DNA of 63,734 nucleotides, the filler included, from Octopus bimaculoides (taxonomy: Eukaryota), in assembly GCF_001194135.2 (NCBI RefSeq). It is 9 parts of 8 records of this genome, joined end to end, with 100 filler letters (N's around TTAATTAATTAA, not from the genome) between each part and the next. Parts side by side here need not be neighbours in the genome. Positions count along the whole stretch, not along the records: positions 4,725 to 16,722 come from NC_068985.1; positions 16,823 to 25,209 come from NC_068987.1; positions 25,310 to 28,647 come from NC_069000.1; 6 more parts are not named here. One strand, 5' to 3'. A model generated the notes under the pieces. It saw nothing but the letters and a program-made list of their open reading frames with translations, searched no databases and was not told the origin of the DNA. Both the position numbers and the translations under genes were made by a program. This document shows positions 13,151 to 25,667 of the stretch, piece after piece. Position 1 is the first letter of the stretch, and each line of letters begins with the position of its first letter.

Positions 13151-13218
13151 ATCTGTACTGAAGATAAATAGATACTTTTATTTTGGAAGTATTGATTTTG
13201 AAACTATAGTCTGCAGAT
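13151..13218 (+). ncRNA. Type I hammerhead ribozyme-like motif (Penelope-like terminal repeat)
   Basis: ATCTGTA CTGAAGA [long stem II] GAAA C TATA G TC TGCAGAT: intact core, GUC triplet, 7-bp stem I with one G.U, and palindromic stem-loop III ACTATAGT. Confidence 0.7.
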
Positions 13219-13548
13219 AATCGAAGTATGTACAATTTTCACTGGTCTAGCCCGCCTGTTTTTGCTCCGCTAAATCCGTATTTGAGAATTTTTTAAGTGA
13301 GCTTCTTCTAGCATATTGACAGACCGGTCACTGGTCAATCTTATATACACAAGTACTATAATCTTTTTAGGATCTCCCCAAAAATTTTTTCATGAACCTT
13401 CTGATTCTTTTAATGTGCTAGTTTCCTAGTATTAAATTGATATTAATTAATCGAATTTTTACCATATTATGTTAATTATATATATATATATCTGTCTATC
13501 TATTTTTCGATCTATCTATGTGTTTGTCTGTGTGTTTGTCTCTCTTCC

Positions 13549-13609
<61 letters not shown>

Positions 13610-14030
13610 GTCAGTCTGTCTCTGTCTGCCTGTCTGTTTGTTTGTCTGTCTGTCTATATGGATATTTCACGCACACACTCACACACACATACACAGACGC
13701 ATACATACGCGCGCTCACACATGCAGACACACTGACACACGCACACACATGTACACACCCACACATGAAGACAGACAGACACACACGCGTACACAAGCAC
13801 GCGCACGCAGAGACACTCTGCCTATTTGTTTTCGTATCACAACGTTGGCCTCTTCCTTTCCGATGTATATTTATATTTATCTTGGCAATGCATCAACAAT
13901 ACTTTATTATTTATTTAGAACGCAGTTCATTGTATTTATGTATTTGTAAAAGCATGTTTAAATGCAAATCTGCATGTGTGCCTATATAAATATATGCAGA
14001 GATGTATATCTAAACTTGTATTGTTGTGCA

Positions 14031-14189
14031 CAGGTGTATGTGTGATAGGTAGCTTGCTTACCAACCACATGGTTCCGGACTCAGTCCCATTGCGTGGTAC
14101 CTTGCGCAAATGTCTTCTACTTTAGCCTCGAGTTGATCAAACTCTTGTGAGTAGATTTGGTAAACGGAAACTGAAATAAGCCCGTCGTA

Positions 14190-14239
<50 letters not shown>

Positions 14240-14645
14240 GTGAATAAAATCAAAATATGCAACAGGATATCGAGTAGTAATGCAGTACGACTGTTTCAGG
14301 CGGCACAATTTAATTGAACAATGCAATCATTACATCAATTTAAATGCAATGCCATCTTCAGGTGCGCAAATAAATAAATAGAATTTTGAACAGTCGGACA
14401 CATTAATATGATCTTTCTCAAATACTTTAACAATACGTATGTTTGTGTGTTTGTGTTTGTCTCCTCACCATCGCTTGACAACTGATGTTGGTCTGCTTAC
14501 GTCCCCGTAACTTAGAGTTTCGGCAAAATAAACCGATAAGATAAGTAATAGGCGTACCAAGAATAACTCCTGGGGTTAATTCGCTCAACTAAAAGCGTTG
14601 ATCCAACATGACTGCAGTCAAATAACTGGAAGATGTAAAAGAATA
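14031..14645 (+). mobile_element. SINE family A split by (TA)n and a Penelope-like insert
   Basis: 5' half at 14031-14188 and 3' half at 14440-14645 are colinear with 24031-24420. Confidence 0.75.
14240..14430 (-). mobile_element. Penelope-like fragment with degenerate hammerhead, inserted in a SINE
   Basis: CTGAAGA-T-GGCA..long AT-rich hairpin..TGCC/GCCT-GAAACAGTC at 14367-14282. It lies between the 5' (14031-14188) and 3' (14440-14645) halves of one SINE. Confidence 0.5.
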
Positions 14646-14799
14646 AAAGTATATAAAATGTTTTTGTCCAACTCGCGCTGGTGATGTGTCTCTGTACGTT
14701 CCTCTGGCTCAGTATAGCAGTTTCCATATTAGCTGACATCCTGGAATCGCGACACAACCTCTAATGATAACAAATAATATGAGTATATATATATATATC

Positions 14800-14960
14800 A
14801 GGTGTAGGTGTGGCTGTGAAGTAAGAAGCATGCTTCCCAACCACGAAGTTCCGCGTTCAGTCCCACTGCGTGACACCTTGGGCAACTGTCTTTTAGTATA
14901 GCCACAGGCTGACCAAAACTTTGTGTGTGGATTTGGTAGATGGAAACTGAAAGAAGACAG
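14800..14960 (+). mobile_element. SINE family A 5' half
   Basis: tggctgtg..ccacgaagttccgcgttcagtcccactgcgtgacaccttgggcaac. Confidence 0.8.
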
Positions 14961-14975
14961 TAATACATACATACA

Positions 14976-15014
<39 letters not shown>

Positions 15015-15589
15015 GAAGGTTTGAAAATGCACTTATTTAAAAAAAAATATTTATTTNNNNNNNNNNNNNNNNNNNNNNNNNNNNNNNNNNNNNNNNNNNN
15101 NNNNNNNNNNNNNNNNNNNNNNNNNNNNNNNNNNNNNNNNNNNNNNNNNNNNNNNNNNNNNNNNNNNNNNNNNNNNNNNNNNNNNNNNNNNNNNNNNNNN
15201 NNNNNNNNNNNNNNNNNNNNNNNNNNNNNNNNNNNNNNNNNNNNNNNNNNNNNNNNNNNNNNNNNNNNNNNNNNNNNNNNNNNNNNNNNNNNNNNNNNNN
15301 NNNNNNNNNNNNNNNNNNNNNNNNNNNNNNNNNNNNNNNNNNNNNNNNNNTATATATATATATATTCATACATGTGTGTTTTTGTGTCAGTGTTTGTTCA
15401 CTCATCATCGCTTGACAACTGATGCTGATGTGTTTATGTCCCTGTAACTTTTTTCAGTATTTTTCAGCCGATTTTTAATCCTTCTCGTTTGAATTTACAA
15501 TCTTGCAGAGTGAAATAGACTTGCCATTTATCTGAGTTGTCAGCAGAACCGTTAGAAACGAAATTCATTTTTTCAATCAATGCCTATAT

Positions 15590-15845
15590 TTTCCGAAAGC
15601 GATCGAAGAGCGCAAACTGAAGCACCAGCATGCATGCTGTCTTTCGGCTAACGAGACAGCAACGGAGACCGAGTTCCCATAAAGCGCCGGCGGGCGGGTA
15701 GGCGAGGTTGCCGGAAGGCGAGAGCGGACGAAGTGATGACGATGACGTCGAGACAGATGCGAGTATTCCAAGTTTGCGAAAGAACGAACGAACCAGATGC
15801 TGTCGGTGATGTGTACGGAAGTAACAGACGGGTACTCACCCGATG
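15590..15845. promoter_or_regulatory. CpG/GC-rich island, promoter- or first-intron-like
   Basis: Sharp GC/CpG rise with GGGCGGG, CCGGAAG (15711), TGACGTC (15743) and ACGGAAGT (15815). A minus-strand GTGAGT donor-like site is at 15839-15834. Confidence 0.3.
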
Positions 15846-16661
15846 CAAAATATGAAATTACTTTTCACATTTCTCTTCGTTCTATTTTCTACCGGGTATT
15901 ATATATTTTATAACTACTTTTATGTCTTTACTCCCTTACTTATGTGTCCGTTTTATGTTATTGTAAAACCACAAATGACAGTTATTCGTGTAAATTTAAG
16001 ATGATAAAACATCTTCTGTCCACGACCACACCACCTAATTTTCAGCTATTGTAAATAACTGGCTAGCATAACCTCTCTGTAATTCGGCTTTTTAAGATGA
16101 CTGTCATTATAGAAAGATTTAGCTGTTATTTCTAGTAGGTAAGCATCCGTATAGTGGCTATATTTAATTGCACGATTTCTCTTTCCCCGTGTATAGCACC
16201 TGCTTACCTGCTTATAAAAAATACTATTTGTTTAACTAAGAATTGTCCAACTATATAATAATGTATGAAATAGTATCTAATTATTGTCGAAAATTTCCAT
16301 GTCTAGACTAGTTATAAAATGATCGATTAGCTATTTTCAGCTGTTTCACTGTATTTCGGTATGTTAATGAATTAACTGATAATATTTGAAAGACAATTTA
16401 ATTAAACACAACTTTCTAGAAAATTTTCGATGTAACTGTCACCTTTTTGAAATCTAGTACATTACATGCAATATTAAAGTTTATAACTGAGTTAGATGAG
16501 ATAATTGAAACACGTATACTTTATGAACTTTATTTTAATAAATTATTATTAATAATCTATTTTAATAATTTATTACTTTGCATATTACTATCCTTCATCT
16601 GGTGTCGTTGTTTTGTTTAGTTGCTAACCTAATAGTTGGGTGTGCAACCATTTATGCACCA

Positions 16662-16722
<61 letters not shown>

Positions 16723-18028
16723 NNNNNNNNNNNNNNNNNNNNNNNNNNNNNNNNNNNNNNNNNNNNTTAATTAATTAANNNNNNNNNNNNNNNNNNNNNN
16801 NNNNNNNNNNNNNNNNNNNNNNATTACCATTAAATTATTTGAAAAATTCATTTAATTACAACCTTCATATTTCTTCCATTCATTCAGATGCGTTAAAATT
16901 ACTATTGTGTTCCTTCATTTCTCTATAAAAAAGAAAACCTTTAATATTTGTTTTTCCATTGTTTGCGCTAAGAATCTATTAAGAAACAATATTTAAAATA
17001 TTTTTGCACAAGCGCATGCTCAGTGTTTAGTTAGGGCTGTTTAATTATTATTCTTTCAGTGTTTGATATTTGAGTTCAGGTGGTATTTCAGCGAAGCAGT
17101 TCAATGTCAACAGGAATCTGGGAACCCCCAACCTTTTTTTTTTTTTTTGTAATATTTCTAATTGTCTACATGACGACCCCTGCCTCGTGTTATATTTGTG
17201 CTCAAAATAATTGAAAGACTCATTTTCTTTTTGTCATCAAATAGATTGCTACCACTAGACATGACAATTAATTATGTATTATTGTCTCCTATTAATTAAT
17301 GTCCTTGTGTGCATGTTAAAATTGTTTTCTAATGTAAGGACAGGGGCCTCGTTGCTTATAAGTGATGTGAATTGGGGAATTAGGTAATGTTCAGTTTCTT
17401 GGCTCAGGTACCTAGACTGAGGATTTGATTGGAGTTGTATGGGAAGTAATGAACGTCACAGATTCTATTTCCTTTGTTCGACATGATAATGATGGTCACT
17501 CTACATGAAATACAGCCCTTTGTTAAATAGGTTGAGGGAGAGACAGAAAAAAAGAAAGAAATTTCTCCAGACCTTTCTCATAATATATTCAAAATATTTT
17601 TTCTTCTCTTAATTAGAATTCCAACCTTAAGCTCTTCATTTAATTATCGCATATGTTGATACTTTTTCATTTCTTAAATACTAAAAGCAAAAAAGATGGT
17701 GATTAAAATCAGGTTTCAGACACATACGACCTGCTTTCTCCAGAATTGTCGCCAAAAGCCAATACAAAAAGCAAAAAAAAAATATTTTTTTACTTTTTAA
17801 TTGTAACAGCTTGAAGAGTTTTCAATATTTTTTATAACATTCAGTGGCTGTTAAACAACTTTCTTTATACTATTGAACCAGCTGTGACCGTATAATTTCC
17901 TTGGTGTCTCTATTGTCCTTGAGCAGAGCATGAGCATCATAGTCTTATTTACCTCAAGTTCTTTTATTAAATCTGAGACCTTCTTAGTAAATTTTAAACA
18001 TCAAATATTCTCTTTACTTTAAGTTCTC

Positions 18029-18358
18029 AGTACTTTTTGGTTATCTCACTCTCATTAAAAAATTGTGTTATCTCCCCCAACTAAAAGAATTGTTTAACCC
18101 TCAATAAAACAAAAAAAAAAATTAAAAATTAGAAAACATGAAAAGTGAAAAGATTAAAGATCTTATTGAATCTAATAACATTTTTATTACAAATCATACC
18201 ACGCCTATTGAAGAGACCAAAGGTCAACAATGTGTTGAAGTATTGAATCAAAAGGATCTAACCCTTTAAATCCAATCTCTTGTAGCCACATAAAATCAAC
18301 TTTTTAGTGGGGAGATAACCACATTTTTTTAATGGGGGTGAGATAACCAAAAAGTACC
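18029..18358. mobile_element. MITE copy 1, ~58-bp TIRs, GGTAC-type termini (Merlin-like)
   Basis: Left (a)gtactttttggttatctcac..cattaaaaaattgtgttatctcccc is the reverse complement of right ggggagataaccacattttttaatgggggtgagataaccaaaaagtacc. The 8-nt flanks aagttctc / atgctctc match at 6 of 8 positions. Confidence 0.8.
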
Positions 18359-19605
18359 ATGCTCTCTGTTGAGAAGATACCCTGGTTAAATTTTTCAAAA
18401 AAAAAAAAATGGCAAATGTCACTACTACATACACCACACACATTGATGAAATGAGCTAGAACATGCAGTTCTTTCCTGTATCATCACTGTTCTTGTGTTT
18501 TTCTTTAGAAGTAGTCAGACTGTCATCCACCTTTCACTACAGGAGTATATTGTTTCTTTACATATATTATGTAACTGAACATCTTCCATTACTTTAGATA
18601 TTTGCAAATTGGAGGTGGGAGAGTAAGTCCTTTAGTTTTTGTCACTGTTCACTCATCGTTTTTGCTGCTCTTATCCATGAATAAAATAAAGAAGAAGGAA
18701 AAACATTTAAGAGAACTAAATATAGGAAAGGGAATTAGCATATGCTATTTCCAGCTATGTAGTACATGAATATCCAAAGGTCAGTCTCTTCGATGATGAA
18801 ACCGTCCTAAATAGTAATAACTATTTCTGGTTTAGATACAAGGGCAATGATATTTGAGGGAAGGGGTGAATTGATTACATGAACTAGTACTTTAGTCTAT
18901 TGACCTTAGCATGATTTGAACTCAGAATGTTAAGAAAAAGCCAGAAAAAATATGGAAGTTATTTTTGTCTGACGTTCTAATGATTCTGCCAACCCACTTC
19001 ACTAAACTTAATGAATAGATAGTTCACATATTGGAGATGGAGATAGAAGGACTTGGCTTTATTGCCCACTTGTCTTAATATTACGACAGTGTCATTAGCA
19101 CACCAGACAAAATGCTTAGTGGCATTTTGTCCATCTTAACGTTCTGAGTTCAAATTCTGCTGAAATTTACTTTGCCTTTCATCCCTTCAGGGTCANNNNN
19201 NNNNNCGAAATTACTGACCTTGTGCCAGAATTTGAAACCACTATTTGAAAGGGCTGACAGCTAAAAATGATGGCACAATTGAATCCCAAAACACAATTTT
19301 TGGTGATGCAAAATTACTAATGATGATTAATCTTGCTTGTTTCTCTTATTTACTATTTGAAATATATGTGATTAATCGAAACTTACTGTCTTTGAGTGAT
19401 GCATGCTTGTATTTCATACCACAAACACACATACATACACGTAGACACGGCCATACACATATACATACTGACATATCCACACACATCCTAGTAAAGTTGA
19501 TTCGAAAGGATATTGACATTCCGAATGTATCACAATATGCTAATATTCATTTGAAGGGCATCAATATCACAGCATCCAATTTCTCTATCTCTGTATATAA
19601 ATATA

Positions 19606-20800
19606 TCAGGCTGAGTAAAAAGTAAGCAATGTTTTGAAACAAGAAATTCATCACAATATATTTCAACAATGCGGAAATTTTATTAATCAAAGTAAGTACC
19701 ATTACGATCAACACATTTTTGCCGAGTTACAAGTTTGTTTATTCTAGTAACATAAAAATCTGCAGTTCTGGAGCTGATGAACTCTTCGAACACACTTTCA
19801 GCATCGGTTTGATTTTTGAACTCCTCTCTCAGGAAACCATCAAGGTGCTTGAAAAAGTGGTAGTTGGTAGGAGAAAGGTCTGGGGAATAAGCTGGGTGGG
19901 GAAGAACTCCTTAGCCAAGTTCCCTCAACTTCTGGAGCATCATTAGTGAAATGTGTGGTCAAGCATTGTCATGAATGGTTGGTCCTCTTCTGTTGACCAG
20001 TCTGGGATGGAGGAGTAACAGTTTTTTGTTCATGTTGACAATTTCATGGCAATATGTTTCTACAGTTATGGTTTTTCCAGGTTTTAAGAAGTTATAGTGG
20101 ATGAACCCAGCAGTACACCACCAAACAGTCACCATAACCTTCTTTTTGAAGAGCTCGGGTTTAGGGAAGGTTTTTGGTGCTTCATTTTGGTCCAACCACT
20201 GTGGAGAACATCTTTTTATTATTGTACAGAATCCACTTTTCATCGCAAGTTACTATATGGTCAAGAAATGGATCAGTCTTGTTACAGAGAAGAAGCACCG
20301 AGCAAATTTCATATCTGTGCATTTTCTGATTTTCATTCAAATTGTGTGGTACCCATTTGTCAAGCCTTTTTCATTTTCTGATCACATGCAAATAGTTGCA
20401 GGCAGTTTTTCTGGCTAAGTTGAAGTTCTTTTGCCAGTTCTTAAGTAGTTTTACGTGGATCTTTCTCAATGACAGTCTTTAATTGACCGTCATCGATGAC
20501 AGATAGGCGTCCACTTCATTCACGATCTTCAGAGCTCGGGTCTCCACTGCAAAATTGATTAACCTATTATCAAGCTGACCACTCCCTGATCATTTCCTCA
20601 CCAAACGTTTCGTTGATATCGGGAGCAGTTTCAGCTGCTTTACATCCTTTTTTGAAGTTGAATAGCAAACTTGCTCGAATATCACGCTTTGACATTTCCA
20701 TTTCACATGATTGTAACAATGGTGAAAAAAATATCAATGTTAATTTATTGATGCATTTGGGCAAATCTGTCTGTATTATAAGACATTTGCCAAAAAAAAA
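19606..20800 (-). mobile_element. Decayed near-full-length mariner (Tc1/mariner) DNA transposon
   Basis: Transposase remnants run from ATG 20701 (MEMSKRDIRASLLFNFKKGCKAAETA) through KKVMVTVWW and HDNA*PH to HPAYSPDLSPTNYHFFKHL..KCVDRNGTYFD*, stop at 19683-19685. A TA plus terminal-like tcaggctgagtaaaaagtaagc sits at 19604-19627. No matching TIR was found at the other end, so that boundary is approximate. Confidence 0.9.
19683..20701 (-). pseudogene. mariner transposase pseudogene
   Basis: In-frame stops (HDNA-TGA-PH, ELG-TAA), frameshifts, and the third catalytic Asp position (YSPDLxPxD) reads N. Confidence 0.88.
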
Positions 20801-23629
20801 ATGTTTAAAAAAATGGAAAACTTCATATGTTCATATGTGTGTGTGAGTGTCTGTGTGACAGAGAGAGACAGGGGGGGGGTATGTATGTGTGAGAGAGAGA
20901 AAGTGTATATAATTTATTATTTCATGTATATTTATTAGCCCCTTCCAGATGAAAATATCCCTGCAGTTGCTATAGAAACCTGAAATATGTTTACTAGTTT
21001 AATATTAGGAACAAAATAACATGGTTAAATACAGTTTTAACATGGTTAAATAGTTAAAGCTTTCAGCTTGTCTTTGATTTTGGTGAATTATATCTGTTAA
21101 TACTTTAGGACTGTCATAATCAAACTGTGACCCACAGAACTTTCTGAATGGTACACCTAATGAAAATTTATCTTGAATGTTTTTAGTAGTGTGGCCCACC
21201 TGATGATGACCCATGTCTCATGCCAATCGCTTATTGAAAAAGGTTGCCCATGCCTCTCCTATTTTTGTTCATCTTTTAATTACTTATGCTATTAAATAAA
21301 TAAATAATCGGATCAATTAAGAATAAATAAACCAAATTAAAGAAGTCAGGTGTTAAAATCTGACCTTAAAAGTAAATAATAGTAGAATATAAAAACCATT
21401 GGGAATTTCATCCAGAACCTTCTTCTGGAAACAACCGCAGTCTTTCTCCTCAGTATTTTACACAAGCATCTTATATAGATTTAGCTTCATAAAGCAGTTA
21501 AAACAGCAATATATTTGACATTGTTTCTGTTTGTGACAACAAAATAGAGTAGAAATATTGGTTTCAAATTTTGGCACAAGGCCAGTTTTTGTTTGGTGGA
21601 GATGGGGGTGGCAGTAAGTCAATTACGTTGACTTTAGTATTGGTACTTATTCTATCAACCCTGATAGGATGAAAGGCAAAGTCAATGGTAGCGGAATTTG
21701 AATTCAGAATGTAAAGATGGATGACATGCTGCTAAGCATTTTGCCTAGTGTGCTAATGTTCCTACCAGTTTGCTGCCTTATTTAACAGTAGAAATATTAA
21801 CACTAATAATATTTAAGCTGATGTCTTGAACAGTCCCAACCCACTATTTTTTGTTGAAAATTTCTCCAGATTCATTTGTTTTCAACAACAGATATAATAA
21901 CTATTTTAGCAAAGAAACAAACAGCTTTATAATTTTTTAAAATTTATTCCTCTTTGTTTCAATTTTAATTCTTTTTCAAAACATTATTTGAGGATTTCAC
22001 AATTAAAAATATGGAGATTATGATTTTAGAAAACAAAATTTTTCAAAATTTCCACACCAAAAGCTTACAATAATTTTCATTAACTGAAAGAATGCCTTGT
22101 ATGTATTACTTTGTTTTCATGAATTGCTCCTGTGAAGAAGTGGGAACTATCTGTTCTTGGGTTCTGATGAAATTATTTATTTTTTTATCTCTTATTGTTT
22201 AACCTCAGCTCTAGGTTCTATATACTATTATGAGGCTGTAAAAATAATACAAGTACAATGTGAAAGAAACGAATGTGGAAAACCAGAAGGGATGACAAAA
22301 AAAATGGGAAGAAATGAGATAGAAAAATAAATGTTTGAAGTATATTTAAATTTAGAGAATATAAAAGAAATTAAAAATTTTTTTATATTTTATAAAATTA
22401 AGTTATGAATTTCATTTATACAACAAATTAAATTTGCAAACACATGTTCCCACATGAAGCCCATACATTGGAAACCAAACATCTATTTTGTTGAATCCAG
22501 TATAATGATGAGCAGAGCTATGAAGAAAAGTCCCATACTGATGCAGATTAGTTGGCCCACTTGACAAGCCTGGCAGGATTATTTCAGTGATCTCATGTCA
22601 CAACACTTTGTTAGCTCACTTGCAGAACTTGAATGTGGTTGCTTCTGGATGTCATTCCTAGTGGATTTTCTCCTTTATTGTCTTTTAGTTCCCTTTCTTT
22701 GTTTTTTAGTTCCCTCTAGACCACTGTCACTTTACTTTCTATGCCATCACTTCCAGTTGTTTATTTTACTTTTTTTTTTAACAGCCTAAAATTGTACATA
22801 ACCCAATTCTGATCCAGCAGATGTACAAAGCTGTTCCAACTATGAGCAACTATTTTCTTTTTCTCTTCAGGCAGTGAGTTATGTTATCCAACATGTCCTT
22901 TGAAAAGAAGCTGTAAAATCTGTCACAACTTAAGACATACATGCTTTGTTTACCTAAAAGAAATGCGAAAGAGAGAGAGAGATTCTTAGAAACAAAATAT
23001 ACATTAACAAAACATATAGTTATTAGTTAGAGCAGAATTGCCTGTGAGTCTTGTGGTTGATTCAGACCCAGAAGTTTTTACTTATCTGGTTGCAACACTG
23101 TTAGTGACAAATGATCACCTTACAGCACTAAAGCAGTTGCAAACTTTTGATGGTAAGTAAATCACCCAGCTGAAATCAAACAACTTTTACTTTATCCCAA
23201 ACTAGCTGAAACATCCTTACTTTTTTTCTAAATTATGTTTGCCAAGTTTGAATCTAACTCAAGTTGTTTCATCTATGTCACCCATTGGTGCTTTAAACTG
23301 AGTGAGTGTATAGCATTGATGGAGGTGGCTTTATGACAGCTGATGAGAGATTAAAATATGATAGAGTGACAGGGACAGGTGTCTTGCTGTAGGGGAGATA
23401 CATGGCTGGAAAGAGAGAAAGGATAGTGGAGATGAGCTGTCAAGCTACACCAGAGAGAATAGGGACAAAGGATCAAGGATGGGTAGATGGGTAGATTCAT
23501 AATAGTATGAAAAGTGTGTGAGAGATGATTTGAAATAGGGTTAGAGGTGAATCTCAGTTGGTGGGGGATAAAGGAAAATAAGAGTGGGTCAGGGAGGCAG
23601 AGGGGAAGTGTAAGTGTATAAAATGTGCC

Positions 23630-23998
23630 TGTACCTTTTGGTTATCTCACCTCCATTAAAAAATTGGGTTATCTCCCCCCTTTTATGAGAAATATCAATA
23701 CTTTTAGTTATCTCCTTCAACTAAAAAAATTGTTTAACTTCAATAAAACAAAAAAAATTGATAAACATAAAAAGTGAAGAGATGAAATATTGTTTTGAAT
23801 CTGATATTTTTATAACAAATCATACCATGCCTATTTAGGAGGCCAAACATCAAACAATGTGTTGAAGTATTGAATCAAAAGGATCTAACCCTTTTAATCC
23901 AATCTGTTGTCGCCACATTAACTCGATTTTTTAGTGGGGAAATAACCCAATTTTTTAAGGCAATTTTTTTTATGGAGGTGAGATAACCAAAAAGTACC
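23630..23998. mobile_element. MITE copy 2 with perfect 8-bp TSD (Merlin-like)
   Basis: Same TIRs and internal sequence as 18029-18358. Direct repeat aatgtgcc at 23622-23629 and 23999-24006. Confidence 0.85.
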
Positions 23999-24030
23999 AA
24001 TGTGCCAATGGAAAGTAACAGCATATATAT

Positions 24031-24420
24031 AGGAGTGGCTGTGTGGTAAGTAGCTTGATTACCAACCACATGGTTCCGGGTTCATTCCCACTGCGTGGCA
24101 CCTTGGGCAAGTGTCTTCTACTATAGCCTCGGGCCGACCAAAGCCTTGTGAGTGGATTTGGTAGACGGAAACTGAAAGAAGCCTGTCGTGTATATGTATG
24201 TATGTATGTATGTGTGTGTATATGTTTGTGTCTGTGTCCCCCCAACATCGCTTGACAACCGATGCTGGTGTGTTTACGTCCCCGTAACTTAGCGGTTCGG
24301 CTAAAGAGACCAATAGAATAAGTACTAGGCTTACAAAGAATAAGTCCTAGGGTCGATTTGCTCGACTAAAGGCGGTACTCCAGCATGGCCGCAGTCAAAT
24401 GACTGAAACAAGTAAAAGAG
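24031..24420 (+). mobile_element. Full-length tRNA-derived SINE, family A (best-preserved copy)
   Basis: A-box-like tggctgtgtgg, B-box-like ggttcattccc, CORE-like accttgggcaagtgtc, internal (TATG)n, and 3' end tgactgaaacaagtaaaagag. (TA)n on both sides. Confidence 0.9.
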
Positions 24421-24734
24421 TATATATATATAAAGTTAATGTTTGCATTTATGTTTACTTATAATAAGAACAATTTTACATTAATCTGATGGGTAATCTT
24501 TTGTAGAGTACTGACAGTGACTTCGAAATTTTGGCCAGTTAAGCCATCATTGGACAGCGATGCATTGAAGTTAATCTTGGCTTTATAAATTCTCTGATGA
24601 GTTATAATCTTACCTGGGTATATGGATGTGAGTGGAGTGGTAATTAGGTTTTAGGGTGGGTTGTTATGGAAAGGTGTTTTGGAGAAATTTTTATTGATTA
24701 AATTTGAGGGTTATGTTATTGTTTAGAATTTAGC

Positions 24735-24920
24735 TCTTTTACTTGTTTCAGTCATTTGCATGTGGCCATGCTGGAGTACCACCTTTAGTTGAACAAATCA
24801 ACCCCAGGACTTATTCTTTGTACTTATTTTATCGGTCTCTTTTTGCTGAACTGCTAAGTGATGGTGATGTAAACACACCAACATCAGTTGTCAAGCAATG
24901 ATGGGAAGACAAACACTGAC
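24735..24920 (-). mobile_element. SINE family A 3' half
   Basis: Reverse complement of the 3' half of 24031-24420. Confidence 0.8.
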
Positions 24921-24921
24921 A

Positions 24922-25209
24922 TCATCATCATCATCATCATCGTTTAACGTCCGCTTTCCATGCTAGCATGGGTTGGACGATTTGACTGAGGACTGGTGAA
25001 ACCGGATGGCAACACCAGGCTCCAGTCTGATTTGGCAGAGTTTCTACAGCTGGATGCCCTTCCTAACGCCAACCACTCAGAGAGTGTAGTGGGTGCTTTT
25101 ACGTGTCACCCGCACGAAAGCGGCCACGCTCGAAATGGTGTCTTTTATGTGCCACCCGCACAAGCCAGTCCAGGGGCACTGGCAACGATCTCGCTCGAAA
25201 ATCCTACAG
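24922..25209 (-). mobile_element. RTE-tail SINE or truncated RTE 3' end with (GAT)n tail
   Basis: Minus strand ends ccgtccaacccatgctagcatggaaagcggacgttaaacgatgatgatgat. Related fragments lie at 1-85, 1205-1253, 2033-2080, 9760-9806 and 31340-31385. Confidence 0.75.
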
Positions 25210-25579
25210 NNNNNNNNNNNNNNNNNNNNNNNNNNNNNNNNNNNNNNNNNNNNTTAATTAATTAANNNNNNNNNNNNNNNNNNNNNNNNNNNNNNNNNNN
25301 NNNNNNNNNATATACATATACACATAAACATACATACATACATACATACATACATACATACATACATAATATAAAATTTAACAAGAACACGACAGTGAGA
25401 ACAAGACAGTAAAAACAAACGGTGAGGGCTGTTGAGCCAAGACGATAGAAAAATTATTATGAACGCTAGGTAGACGAGCCATGAGAGGAGACAGGAAAAG
25501 CACGTCTTTTCTTTAGGAAGGAAATGGACAGAAAGAGAGATCCCCTTTCGTCACATGTCGGCGACGAGAGAGTCAAGGA

Positions 25580-25618
<39 letters not shown>

Positions 25619-25630
25619 NNNNNNNNNNNN

Positions 25631-25667
<37 letters not shown>

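Noticed and set aside
15780-15870. piggyBac-like cysteine-rich C-terminus (RCCR*CVRK..TRCKI*)
   Set aside because: It needs stops and a frameshift, and there is no upstream DDD domain or TTAA/TIR.
21005-21214. 69-aa minus-strand ORF
   Set aside because: No recognisable motif and no convincing donor/acceptor pair.
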